A stretch of DNA of 64,000 bases from a virus: IMG/VR virus record IMGVR_UViG_3300021168_000013; one strand, given 5' to 3'. The notes beneath the pieces were generated by a model. The model made no database searches, had not been told where the DNA came from, and was given only the letters and a program-made list of their open reading frames with translations. Both the position numbers and the translations under genes were made by a program. Numbering within the stretch: the first letter of the stretch is position 1; each line of letters opens with the position of its first letter. Positions 48,162-57,431 of the stretch are shown here, piece by piece.

Positions 48162-48470
48162 ATGACGTTACAGCAGAAAAATACTGTCCCAAATATAGAC
48201 ATCCAAACCCAATTGGATAATTGCGTAAAACTGAAGCCAGATGACTTGGTTATCAGTGATATTAAGTGGAAATACTTGGTTCGCAGTGTTTTACGAGGAA
48301 AGAATGTTTTATTGACTGGCCCTACTGGATGTGCTAAAACGTTGGCAGCAGTTTCTTCCAGAGAAGCACTATATTCTGAGTATACCGAAGAAATGGATGA
48401 TACCCAATTATCTTTGTTAAAATTGGATAATAATATAAAAATTATAAAAATGGAAAAAATTGAGGGTTGA
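48162..48470 (+). CDS. MoxR/CbbQ-type AAA+ ATPase, N-terminal half (Walker A) with 31-aa C-terminal tail
   Basis: KWKYLVRSVLRGKNVLLTGPTGCAKTLAA; ATPase similarity stops at REALY. Confidence 0.82.
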   Translation: MTLQQKNTVPNIDIQTQLDNCVKLKPDDLVISDIKWKYLVRSVLRGKNVLLTGPTGCAKTLAAVSSREALYSEYTEEMDDTQLSLLKLDNNIKIIKMEKIEG

Positions 48471-48528
48471 GAATAAATTATAAAAAAGCACTAAGTGGAA
48501 ATTATAATTTTATAAAAATAATAAATAA

Positions 48529-49284
48529 ATGAAACATAAAATAACATATAGAAAATATAGACCATTATTTATATTTAATTGTGGTAGTTCACAAGATGCG
48601 CGATCAACATTAATCGGAAATACATCTTTCAAAAAAGATGAAGGAACCGTATATAATCCGTCTGAATTTGTCAAAGCTATACAAACTGAAAATGCCATAA
48701 TTGTATTGGATGAATTGAGTAGAGGAAATCATGATTTTTTTAATATTATTATGTCAGTATTGGACCCAATTCAGCGTTATTTGAGACTTGATGAACGTGA
48801 TAATAGTGTATTGGTCAAAGTGGCAAATAATGTCACTTTTATGGCTACAGCTAATATTGGTAATGGATATACGGCAACCAGAGTCATGGATAAAGCATTG
48901 CTTGACAGATTCTCGGTTAAAATAGAAATGTCACCTTTGGATCAAGAAGAAGAATATGAGTTAATGATCCGAAAGTTTAAGATTACAGATGATGACATCA
49001 AGTTTACATTGAAAAGTATAGTGGCGATTGCTGCTCACACAAGACAACAGATTAAGATAGAAGATGGTAAATTAACCAATTTCTTATCAACGCGTAGTGT
49101 GGTTGAAATGACTGAATTATTATTGGATAAGTTCACACTCGAAGAAATAGCCGAAAATGCCATTTATCCAAATTTTCCCACAGAAGGTGGTGCCGATAGT
49201 GAACGAGTTTATATAAAACAACTTGTTCAAAAATATGTGTCCGTTGAACCAGACCCCGAAGATGCTAATATTGCTCCATTTTAA
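48529..49284 (+). CDS. MoxR/CbbQ-type AAA+ ATPase, C-terminal half (Walker B, sensor, Arg finger) with 10-aa N-terminal head
   Basis: RPLFIFNCGSSQDARSTLIG, IVLDELSR, FMATANIG, MDKALLDRF, STRSVVE. Confidence 0.85.
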   Translation: MKHKITYRKYRPLFIFNCGSSQDARSTLIGNTSFKKDEGTVYNPSEFVKAIQTENAIIVLDELSRGNHDFFNIIMSVLDPIQRYLRLDERDNSVLVKVANNVTFMATANIGNGYTATRVMDKALLDRFSVKIEMSPLDQEEEYELMIRKFKITDDDIKFTLKSIVAIAAHTRQQIKIEDGKLTNFLSTRSVVEMTELLLDKFTLEEIAENAIYPNFPTEGGADSERVYIKQLVQKYVSVEPDPEDANIAPF

Positions 49285-49286
49285 AT

Positions 49287-51320
49287 ATGAGTAATGTCTC
49301 ACATAGTGATTATTGGTCAAATGACATTGAGGAATTCAATACTAGGTTGACCGATAATAATCCACTATTGGATTTTAATATGATTCGATTAGCCAGTGCT
49401 AGACGAGCAATATCTAATTTTGTGAGGATTTTGACAAACAAAAGCATTCCAGTAACCTTTAATGGTAAGGAAAGTTTTACGGATGGTGAAAATGTAGTAT
49501 TGGGTGCCAGTATCATAGGCAAGGAAGATTTTGACTCGGCAGTGGGATTGGCATTACATGAAGGCAGTCATATATTATTAACTGATTTTTCATTAGTTAG
49601 AACAATTTGGATGAAAGTTCCACGAGAAATATATGATATAACCGATGCAAAAAACATCAGTAAAGATGTCGTTGGAACTACAGTTAAATATATATGGAAT
49701 ATCATAGAAGATCGTTTCATAGACAATTACATTTATAGGAACGCACCCGGCTATCGGGGATATTATATTGCATTGTATAAAAAATACTTTCATAGTGATT
49801 CCGTGAATGAAATGTTGCGGTCAAAAATGTATAGGGAACCAAGTATTGAGGCATACAAACGTCGTATTTGTAATTTAATGAATATCAATACTGATTTGAA
49901 AGCATTGCCTGAATTACAATTAATATCACAAATGATAGATATTAAGAATATTAACAGACTGGCTAATCCTATTGATCGAATTAATTTGGCATATGAAGTA
50001 AGTCTAGTAATATTTCGTAACGTGTGTGCTGATCCAATTGATCAGTCTGCACCAGACCCTACCGCAGTTCCGCTGCCCGTCTCTGGTTCTGCCAAAGATG
50101 ATCCCGCAACTGTTATAGGGGGTACAGAAACATCAGCCATTAGTTCTCCACCAGAAAAACAAAACGATATAGAATTTGATTTAGGAAATACCACCGATAT
50201 GTCTAAATCAAAATTAACCAAGATTAAGAATGCCTTGGATAAACAAGATGATTTCTTGAATGGAACCACAAAAAAGAAAAAGATATCACCATATCAAAAA
50301 ACGATGTTGGACGCGATTGATAAGAGTGGAATGACAATTGAAAGAGTTGGTAAAGAGGCAATCGAAGGACAAGCTATATCAGGAATTGATTGTGTTGTGG
50401 TCAGGAATTTAACAAAAGAACTGCTTTTATCGGATGGATTCCCATTAAAATCCAATAGTTACAGTAACAAGCCTTCTGATGAAATGGAAGCAGCTATTAA
50501 AACTGGTATCATAATGGGAAATTTGTTAGGTAAGAAACTTTTGTTGCGAAATGAAAACAATGTAGCCAAGTACATGAGAAGAAGTGAAGGAAACATTGAT
50601 TCTCGTATTATCGCTGAACTTGGATTTAACAACGACAGAATATTTTATACAAATCAAACGGAGAAGTATAATGATGCGTATATACACATTTGTATAGATG
50701 CCAGTGCAAGTATGGGTGGAATGAAATGGTATAAAACTATGTCTACCGTGGTAGCCATATGTAAAGCATGTAGTATGATTGAGAATATCAGGGTGGAAGT
50801 AAGTTTTAGGACTACTATATCAACAAAACGTTGTACCCAAAACCCATATATTATATTTGCATACGATAGTGCCAAGGATAAATTCTCAAAAATCTCCAAT
50901 CTATTTAAATATATTGAACCAAATGGATTCACTCCCGAAGGATTATTGTTCGAAATAGTCACCAAGATATGTCAAGAGAAGTTGACTGATCAGAATTGTT
51001 ATTTTTTGAATTTTAGTGATGGGGAACCATGTCTTCCATATGAAGCTGAAGATGGCAAAATATGTCACTATACTGGTGAGAAGGCAACCCTTCATACTCG
51101 AAAACAGGTAAACAGTATTAAAGACAAAGGATATAGAGTATTAAGTTATTTTATACAATCAAATGGAACCAGACATGATAGGCAAGTGTCATTAGAGAAC
51201 AGACTGGCCTATAAAAACTTTAAGACTATGTATGGTAAAGACGCTTCATTTATTGACGTTAAGAACGTAAATGCCGTGGCCAATACCATTAATGAATTGT
51301 TTCTAAAAAAAGTTGAATAA
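49287..51320 (+). CDS. vWA-domain protein with N-terminal HExxH metallopeptidase-like domain (MoxR partner)
   Basis: SFTDGE...GLALHEGSH, WNIIEDRFID, MIDAS motif ICIDASASM, GFTPE, FSDGEP. Confidence 0.88.
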   Translation: MSNVSHSDYWSNDIEEFNTRLTDNNPLLDFNMIRLASARRAISNFVRILTNKSIPVTFNGKESFTDGENVVLGASIIGKEDFDSAVGLALHEGSHILLTDFSLVRTIWMKVPREIYDITDAKNISKDVVGTTVKYIWNIIEDRFIDNYIYRNAPGYRGYYIALYKKYFHSDSVNEMLRSKMYREPSIEAYKRRICNLMNINTDLKALPELQLISQMIDIKNINRLANPIDRINLAYEVSLVIFRNVCADPIDQSAPDPTAVPLPVSGSAKDDPATVIGGTETSAISSPPEKQNDIEFDLGNTTDMSKSKLTKIKNALDKQDDFLNGTTKKKKISPYQKTMLDAIDKSGMTIERVGKEAIEGQAISGIDCVVVRNLTKELLLSDGFPLKSNSYSNKPSDEMEAAIKTGIIMGNLLGKKLLLRNENNVAKYMRRSEGNIDSRIIAELGFNNDRIFYTNQTEKYNDAYIHICIDASASMGGMKWYKTMSTVVAICKACSMIENIRVEVSFRTTISTKRCTQNPYIIFAYDSAKDKFSKISNLFKYIEPNGFTPEGLLFEIVTKICQEKLTDQNCYFLNFSDGEPCLPYEAEDGKICHYTGEKATLHTRKQVNSIKDKGYRVLSYFIQSNGTRHDRQVSLENRLAYKNFKTMYGKDASFIDVKNVNAVANTINELFLKKVE

Positions 51321-51325
51321 TTTAA

Positions 51326-51354
51326 TTGACTTTATATCAAATATGAGATATAAT
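51326..51354 (+). promoter_or_regulatory. Sigma70-type promoter
   Basis: TTGACT-N17-TATAAT. Confidence 0.7.
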
Positions 51355-51371
51355 AATACAAAGGATCAAAT

Positions 51372-51773
51372 ATGAATAAAAATATACAAACAAAAAACAA
51401 GACTGGTAGAAAGAATAATACGGGCCAATTATTAACGTGGCCATCCGTTGAATTTTTCACCCAGAAAGATTTGGAAAAGACTAACCCAACCATGGTGAGG
51501 ATTACTCTCAGAACCAAATATAAAAAGCAGATAGGTAGCAAGATTAAGGAAATCGGAGTATTACATAATGGCAAGGGTCGTCCAACCAATGTATATGCTA
51601 TGATTCCAGTCAATGCCTCAACTATTGATAAGGCCAAGACTGCTGGCGTAATTCTTCACACTGAATATTTAGCCAAGAAGGTTGCTGATATCACTAGTAA
51701 CGCACCGACTGTAACAACTCCTGCCCCAACTATCCCAGTAGTTGCACCTGTTACCGAAGAAGTAGCGGTATAA
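51372..51773 (+). CDS. Hypothetical protein, possible winged-helix DNA-binding protein
   Basis: Basic; FFTQKDL..TNP..VRITLR...IKEIGVLHNGKGRPTNVY wing-like motif. Confidence 0.45.
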   Translation: MNKNIQTKNKTGRKNNTGQLLTWPSVEFFTQKDLEKTNPTMVRITLRTKYKKQIGSKIKEIGVLHNGKGRPTNVYAMIPVNASTIDKAKTAGVILHTEYLAKKVADITSNAPTVTTPAPTIPVVAPVTEEVAV

Positions 51774-51786
51774 TCAATTTAATTGA

Positions 51787-51826
51787 TTGACAATGTGTTC
51801 CGTATGTAGTAATATACATACGGAAC
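51787..51826 (+). promoter_or_regulatory. Sigma70-type promoter overlapping a perfect 12-bp inverted repeat (also a terminator candidate)
   Basis: TTGACA(51787)-N17-TAATAT(51810); gttccgtatgta-gtaata-tacatacggaac at 51797-51826. Confidence 0.6.
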
Positions 51827-51835
51827 TTTCCATTT

Positions 51836-52108
51836 ATGAAACATATCTTAATATATTTAATCCAACATACCAAGAAATACGCCGTTTGGTTTACCGATGA
51901 AACTAGGTTACTTAATTTAAAAGACTTGGTTAAAGATATTCAGGATGATCAATATATTGGTAATGGGTTTGTGATAAATAGTGATCAGATCGGTGAAAAA
52001 TGGGAAGTGAAATCCGCCAAAGTTAAGAAAATTTCAAAGAATAGAAATCAATTAAAAGCCACAATTGAGGTTGAGTGTAAACTACTCTTAAGAAAAACAC
52101 AAGAATAA
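51836..52108 (+). CDS. Hypothetical protein
   Basis: 90-aa ORF with its own promoter. Confidence 0.55.
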   Translation: MKHILIYLIQHTKKYAVWFTDETRLLNLKDLVKDIQDDQYIGNGFVINSDQIGEKWEVKSAKVKKISKNRNQLKATIEVECKLLLRKTQE

Positions 52109-52122
52109 AATAATAAAACTTG

Positions 52123-52151
52123 TTGACATTATATCAACAATGTTGTATAAT
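52123..52151 (+). promoter_or_regulatory. Consensus sigma70 promoter
   Basis: TTGACA-N17-TATAAT, perfect hexamers. Confidence 0.8.
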
Positions 52152-52208
52152 CATACATAATACGTTGAGTTACTAAACTTTAACGAAATATAAAAAAGGA
52201 AAAAACAT

Positions 52209-52424
52209 ATGATGATAATCAAAAATAACAATAAGAACAAGACCCATTTTGTCTATGACAAGTGTGGACAATTAGAGACGTTTATCTCTACACCGTTCAA
52301 GAACTCTAAGCGTGGTACACGATTGACCGTCCGTGAAGGCGCAAATCGATTGGACTTGAACGGTCGTGAAGTTAAGCTTCTCGCCTCTGTTTTGAATAAA
52401 GCACTCGAATTGAGCAACAGTTAA
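52209..52424 (+). CDS. Hypothetical protein
   Basis: 71 aa, SD-like aaagga upstream, downstream of a consensus promoter. Confidence 0.6.
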   Translation: MMIIKNNNKNKTHFVYDKCGQLETFISTPFKNSKRGTRLTVREGANRLDLNGREVKLLASVLNKALELSNS

Positions 52425-52429
52425 GCATC

Positions 52430-52807
52430 ATGTGGAAAACAATTATAAAATATATAATTGGTATTTCCGTGATCATTGGACTGCTCGTTCTTGACTATAG
52501 TACTCCATTAGCCATACCACCCACTATTACGTTGGTGGTATGTCTCTTTATATATCAGGAACGAAAAATACGTTCCTTGACCAAGGAAACCCAAATCAAT
52601 GTTAATTACATTGAAGCACTGATGAAAAATATAAAAACCATAAATGATAATTTGAAGTCCTTGGACAAGGATTATCGTGTCATTTTTAAGAAATTGGAAA
52701 AGTGCGAATCAATTATAGATAAAGTTAAAGTAGAAAAAAAGCTTGAAATTAACCGAGTATATGGTAAAATAGGAAATGCGAACCAAGTCTCAAGAACCAA
52801 AACCTAA
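52430..52807 (+). CDS. Membrane-anchored coiled-coil protein
   Basis: Two N-terminal hydrophobic segments then heptad-rich helix. Confidence 0.6.
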   Translation: MWKTIIKYIIGISVIIGLLVLDYSTPLAIPPTITLVVCLFIYQERKIRSLTKETQINVNYIEALMKNIKTINDNLKSLDKDYRVIFKKLEKCESIIDKVKVEKKLEINRVYGKIGNANQVSRTKT

Positions 52808-53237
52808 ATCTTTATTTGATCATTTGAATGAAATAAAGCTTGGTAAGTCTCCTGACTATTACCACGATCTTACTGAGCAAGAAAAGAAGAACTTTAATCA
52901 ATATGTGATATTGATGGGATTAGGAATGGATGAAAATTGTTTAGATGTAGTAGCGATTATATCCAAATATCTAAACATTATACCAGATGAACAATTTTAC
53001 GAAGTGTGTAGAACATTGGTTCCATCAACTAGAAAATTCACTAAATGGATAAAAAGCGGTAAATCAAAGGTAAATAAAGAAATTCTACAGAGAATTGCGG
53101 AATATTACGAAATAGGAATAAGTGAGGCAGCGGAAGCCTGTGAAGTATATAGTGATGATGAATTGAAATATGTCATTAATGGAATATTAGGGAGATATGG
53201 TTATTCCGAGAAAGAAATTAAGGAATTAATGAAATGA
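52776..53237 (+). CDS. Clamp-loader small subunit, T4 gp62-like
   Basis: SLFDHLNEIK...KNFNQYVI..GLGM...KFTKWIK...IAEYYEIG..EA. Confidence 0.7.
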   Translation: MRTKSQEPKPKSLFDHLNEIKLGKSPDYYHDLTEQEKKNFNQYVILMGLGMDENCLDVVAIISKYLNIIPDEQFYEVCRTLVPSTRKFTKWIKSGKSKVNKEILQRIAEYYEIGISEAAEACEVYSDDELKYVINGILGRYGYSEKEIKELMK

Positions 53238-53851
53238 GCGATATTAAATACATAGGTGTGACTGGTTTGGCTAGATCGGGTAAAAATCTATATTGTGACA
53301 TTTTATCCAACCAATTGAAGACTAAACATGGATTATCTTCTAAAACTTATGCTCTTGCTTATGAATTAAAAAAAGACTGCGAGGATTTCGTTAATAATAA
53401 GCTTGGATTGGATGTGTTTACCGAAGTAACAGACCAAAAATCAATATTTCGAGAAATGCTTGTGTGGTTTGCCGCCATTAAACGTAAACAGACAAAGGGT
53501 AGATACTGGTTGGAACTCTTAAATAAGCGATTGCTTCGTGATATAAACCCACCAGACGTTATTATCATATCCGATATAAGATTTGCTGAATTCCCAACAG
53601 ACGAAGTATTCTGGCTTAAAAATGAATTAAAGGGCAAACTTATTCATGTCAGTAAATATACCCACCCACTTTTGGATAAAACTCGTAGAATCTACATGGA
53701 ACCACCCAATGCAGCAGAAGCCAAAAATGATCCTATGGTTAAAGAATTGGCGGATTATAAACTCGAATGGGAAGATGTGGGTGGTGACGATCTTCTAAAT
53801 AATCAATATTTGAATTCGGTAGTAGAGAAAACCCTAGAAATCATCTTGTAA
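53234..53851 (+). CDS. Deoxynucleoside monophosphate kinase (T4 gp1-like)
   Basis: P-loop IGVTGLARSGKN, ALAYELK, IISDIRF..E. Confidence 0.85.
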   Translation: MSDIKYIGVTGLARSGKNLYCDILSNQLKTKHGLSSKTYALAYELKKDCEDFVNNKLGLDVFTEVTDQKSIFREMLVWFAAIKRKQTKGRYWLELLNKRLLRDINPPDVIIISDIRFAEFPTDEVFWLKNELKGKLIHVSKYTHPLLDKTRRIYMEPPNAAEAKNDPMVKELADYKLEWEDVGGDDLLNNQYLNSVVEKTLEIIL

Positions 53852-54113
53852 TAGTGGCCAAAGTGTGGTTATTCTGCTTGAATTCAATGTGACTTTCTCT
53901 AATCTTATTGAACAAGGTTGATTTATTAGCCATTATGGTTGAAATAGACTGGGAATAGATTCTATCACATTCTTGTAATTTGTTTTGCTTATCATGTGGT
54001 TTACAGGAACAAATCACACCATATTCCCTCACACAGTTCCCAATAGAGGATAAATTACTCAGTCCCGCTGAATTTAAGAGATTATTGAATTCCGTAAAGT
54101 TGTTTATGGTCAT
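53841..54113 (-). CDS. Hypothetical protein (Cys-containing)
   Basis: 90-aa ORF, ATGA overlap with upstream minus-strand gene. Confidence 0.55.
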   Translation of the reverse strand: MTINNFTEFNNLLNSAGLSNLSSIGNCVREYGVICSCKPHDKQNKLQECDRIYSQSISTIMANKSTLFNKIRESHIEFKQNNHTLATITR

Positions 54114-54436
54114 AAAAGTCTAACTAATAAATAGTAAAACACTAATGACACAACGCAGACTATCGGAATATCAATATAATTAAATAACAATAAACAGCTA
54201 ATAATACAAAGCCATATATTAAGGCATATTGGACATGTGATCAGCCTCACAAGAAATGTATTATAATTGTATAGTATAAACGCATGATATTCTATAGTAA
54301 CGTCGTTGGTTTTAGCCACCTTATAGGCATTGATTTTGAATACATCGAATGGAACCCACCCAAAGTATTCAATAAACGCATCGGTGTTGAACCACACCAA
54401 TAATACCATAATATGTAAGCATATAAGCGAGATCAT
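54110..54436 (-). CDS. Membrane protein with CPIC motif (DUF1360-like)
   Basis: Hydrophobic segments flanking RLITCPICLNIWL; ATG 54436 preferred because the track start overlaps rfbH. Confidence 0.55.
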   Translation of the reverse strand: MISLICLHIMVLLVWFNTDAFIEYFGWVPFDVFKINAYKVAKTNDVTIEYHAFILYNYNTFLVRLITCPICLNIWLCIISCLLLFNYIDIPIVCVVSLVFYYLLVRLL

Positions 54437-54461
54437 ATTGCTTAATATATATTGAATTCTA

Positions 54462-54490
54462 TTGACAATTCCATTATTATAATCTATAAT
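54462..54490 (+). promoter_or_regulatory. Consensus sigma70 promoter for rfbH-like operon
   Basis: TTGACA(54462)-N17-TATAAT(54485), perfect hexamers. Confidence 0.8.
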
Positions 54491-54511
54491 GTGTGGGTAT
54501 AACCAATAATT

Positions 54512-55840
54512 ATGAATAGACGTGAACTGATTGAAGAATTCCTCGAAAAAGTAAAAAAACAAGAAGGTAATATACCAAAATTTTGTCATAATTTAAACGC
54601 TCCACCAAATAAAGTATATTACTCAGGAGCATATTTTGACAATAATGAACTAATCGCGGCTATTGATGCATTATTATTTGGCAAATGGTCTAGTTCAGGA
54701 GAGATATGTGCTAAATTTGAGAAGGAATTCAGCAAACATATAAACCAAAAATCTTCATTTTTCACCAATAGTGGTAGTTCCGCCAATCTACTATTAATCG
54801 CCGCGTGTAAAGAATACTTTAAATGGAATGATGGGGATGAGATTATTGTATCGGCAGTGGGTTTTCCGACTACAGTATCATCCATAGTTCAGAATGGATT
54901 AAAACCTGTATTTACTGATATTGAATGGAATACTCTAAATTTTGACTTGGATAAGGTTGAGTCTGCATATTGTAGTGAAATTATCAAATCTTCTCCGGGA
55001 CATCACGTTAGAGCCATATTTCTATCCCCAGTTTTGGGTAATCCTCCTGATATGAATAGATTAGTTGAGTTTTGTAGACACAACGAAATAGTATTACTGT
55101 TGGACAATTGTGATTCATTGGGGTCTAAATGGAGAGGTAAATATCTGAATGAATATGTTACGGCATCATCTTGTTCTTTCTATCCCGCTCATGAAATAAC
55201 CACATTGGAAGGCGGAATGGTTTCTTCCAATGTGGAGGAAATTGTTCAATTGGCCAGAAGCTATGCTACATGGGGTAGAGATTGTTGGTGTGTTGGTACT
55301 GCTAATTTATTGGCTAACGGTTCATGTACCAAGCGGTTCTCTAATTGGTTGACGGACTTCCCCGACACTATTATTGATCACAAGTACGTATTTAATAGAA
55401 TAGGCTATAATTTGAAGCCATTGGATTTACAGGGGGCAATCGGATTAGAACAATTAAAGAAACTTGATTATATATGTGAAACCAGAGCTAAGAATCAAGC
55501 CTTGATACAGAGTTTATTCGATACCTATATTAAAAAATTGAGATTCCCGTTGGTTCTAACAGAAACTTGGTGGGTTCCGTTTGGAGTGCCCATTATATGC
55601 GATTCAAAAGAACAGAAAAATAAGCTAGTCGCGTACTTAGAAAAGAATGGTATTCAGACTAGAAATTATTTCGCAGGAAACCTATTGATGCATAATGGTT
55701 ATAAACATTTGGGAGATTTTAAAGATTTCCCAGAATCCAATAAAGTATTGGATTTGGTATTCTTTGTCGGTTGTTCACCCACCATATCTCCCGATAACAT
55801 TAATTATATAAAAGAGGTATTATCTAAATATGAAAATTGA
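54512..55840 (+). CDS. rfbH: CDP-4-keto-6-deoxyglucose 3-dehydratase (E1; DegT/DnrJ fold, RfbH/DdhC-like)
   Basis: NSGSSANLL, SFYPAHEITTLEGG (His in place of the PLP Lys), WGRDCWC...SC.KRF Fe-S motif, GYNLKPLDLQGAIG, TRNYFAGN. Confidence 0.88.
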   Translation: MNRRELIEEFLEKVKKQEGNIPKFCHNLNAPPNKVYYSGAYFDNNELIAAIDALLFGKWSSSGEICAKFEKEFSKHINQKSSFFTNSGSSANLLLIAACKEYFKWNDGDEIIVSAVGFPTTVSSIVQNGLKPVFTDIEWNTLNFDLDKVESAYCSEIIKSSPGHHVRAIFLSPVLGNPPDMNRLVEFCRHNEIVLLLDNCDSLGSKWRGKYLNEYVTASSCSFYPAHEITTLEGGMVSSNVEEIVQLARSYATWGRDCWCVGTANLLANGSCTKRFSNWLTDFPDTIIDHKYVFNRIGYNLKPLDLQGAIGLEQLKKLDYICETRAKNQALIQSLFDTYIKKLRFPLVLTETWWVPFGVPIICDSKEQKNKLVAYLEKNGIQTRNYFAGNLLMHNGYKHLGDFKDFPESNKVLDLVFFVGCSPTISPDNINYIKEVLSKYEN

Positions 55841-56645
55841 TTTATTTGGAGGCACTGGATTCATTGGTAGTAATTTTAAACAATTATACGGTGAGGATGT
55901 GTTTGTTCATCCACGGGAAGATAACGTTCCCACAACAGATAATGTACTTTACATGATAAGTACCACACACAATTATCATGTATTTGATGATATTCATAAA
56001 GACGTGGACACCAATCTTACTAAATTATTGAGCGTGTTACAGCATTGTAAGGATAAATCTCTAACGTTTAACTTCGTAAGTAGTTGGTTTGTGTACGGGA
56101 AATGTCATTTACCAGCACGAGAAGAAACTACGTGTAATCCAAAAGGTTTTTATAGTATAACCAAGAAATGTGCGGAGGATTTAATTATAAGTTACTGCAA
56201 AACATTTGGAATAAAATATCGCATTTTGAGACTATGCAATGTATATGGCAAAGATGACGCGAATGTATCTAAACAAAAAAATGCTTTACAATATCTAATT
56301 GATGAAATAAAAAAAGGAAACACAATCAATTTATATTATAATGGAGATTTTTTTAGAGACTATATGCATGTCATGGATGTATGTAAAGCAATTTATTTGT
56401 GTATCATCATGTCACAACCAAATCAAATTATAAATATCGGGAGTGGCAGACCTCAGAATTTCAGAGAATTGATAGATTTTACTATAAAGGAAACTGGGAA
56501 CAATGTTATCATTAACAATGTTGATGCTTCCGATTTTCATAAATTGGTTCAGACAGAAAGCATGTATCTGGAGGTATCCAAATTAGAATCACTTGGATTT
56601 AAACAAGAAATTGACATTTATAGTGGTATAAGAAGCTTACTGTAA
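55830..56645 (+). CDS. NAD-dependent epimerase/dehydratase (extended SDR)
   Basis: GGTGFIG, VSSWFVYG, YSITK (YxxxK), RLCNVYG, RDYMHV. Confidence 0.9.
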   Translation: MKIDLFGGTGFIGSNFKQLYGEDVFVHPREDNVPTTDNVLYMISTTHNYHVFDDIHKDVDTNLTKLLSVLQHCKDKSLTFNFVSSWFVYGKCHLPAREETTCNPKGFYSITKKCAEDLIISYCKTFGIKYRILRLCNVYGKDDANVSKQKNALQYLIDEIKKGNTINLYYNGDFFRDYMHVMDVCKAIYLCIIMSQPNQIINIGSGRPQNFRELIDFTIKETGNNVIINNVDASDFHKLVQTESMYLEVSKLESLGFKQEIDIYSGIRSLL

Positions 56646-57431
56646 TGATTTCTCATTAGTGTTAGAGTCGTGTTTCGGCAATCTTCCCCATTTATACTTG
56701 AAGTATTCAAAACATGCATTTTCAGTTTCTTGATTTGATTTGATTTTATCAGGAGTTCTAGTTCCAAGAGACACAAAATGATAAAAATGGCAATTATATG
56801 TTCTAAGCATTTTCATTCCAGCCATCTTACATTTCATGAAGAATTCCCAATCAACAACCCATGGTCCCGGATAATTTTCATCAAATCCACCGATTCTTAG
56901 ATAATCATTCTTGTGTATCAAGAAAGGAAATGTCGATCCACACTCGTCTTTAATATGTTGTTTTTTTAGGATATATTCTAATCGTATAGCACGTTCGGAT
57001 TTCAAAAATTCATCCAAGTTAAACACACTTGGATCAGTACCTAGATTTTTAATATAGAACTGTTTAAACATACTAGAATTTGGTTCTATTTGATTGGCTG
57101 TCAAAACACTGTTTGGTTCATAGTGGCCTTGTAATTTATCATCCCAACCATTAGGGAATACGTTATCATCCTGCACATGAAATACCAAATCATTTGAGGC
57201 ATTACAATGTCCATAGTTCATGGCTCTTATCATACCAACGTTATCCTCTAGATTTAAAACGTCTATGTTATTTTTATATTTATCGAGAATGGCTTTATTA
57301 ATATCGTAAAATCCATCAACCACAACTATTATTTGATTCTTGTTAGTCTGACCAGTTATGGCTGACCGTAAACATAAATCTAAAGCTTCTGGTTCTTTGT
57401 ATGTTGGTATGATAACCGATATTTTATTCAT
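56637..57431 (-). CDS. Glycosyltransferase family 2
   Basis: SVIIPTYKE, VVVDG, HVQDDN, IGGFDENY, DWEF; ATG 57431 in ATGA overlap. Confidence 0.9.
   Translation of the reverse strand: MNKISVIIPTYKEPEALDLCLRSAITGQTNKNQIIVVVDGFYDINKAILDKYKNNIDVLNLEDNVGMIRAMNYGHCNASNDLVFHVQDDNVFPNGWDDKLQGHYEPNSVLTANQIEPNSSMFKQFYIKNLGTDPSVFNLDEFLKSERAIRLEYILKKQHIKDECGSTFPFLIHKNDYLRIGGFDENYPGPWVVDWEFFMKCKMAGMKMLRTYNCHFYHFVSLGTRTPDKIKSNQETENACFEYFKYKWGRLPKHDSNTNEKSLQ

Noticed and set aside
48372-48558. Split intein, group I intron or T4 gene 60-style ribosomal bypass explaining the split AAA gene
   Set aside because: There is no Cys/Ser at the N-junction and no terminal Asn plus nucleophile, despite the superficial likeness of KITYRKY to DnaE IntC starts. 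The 184-nt AT-rich insert cannot form a group I core. The GGT codon before the stop has no matching landing codon that would keep RPLFIFN.
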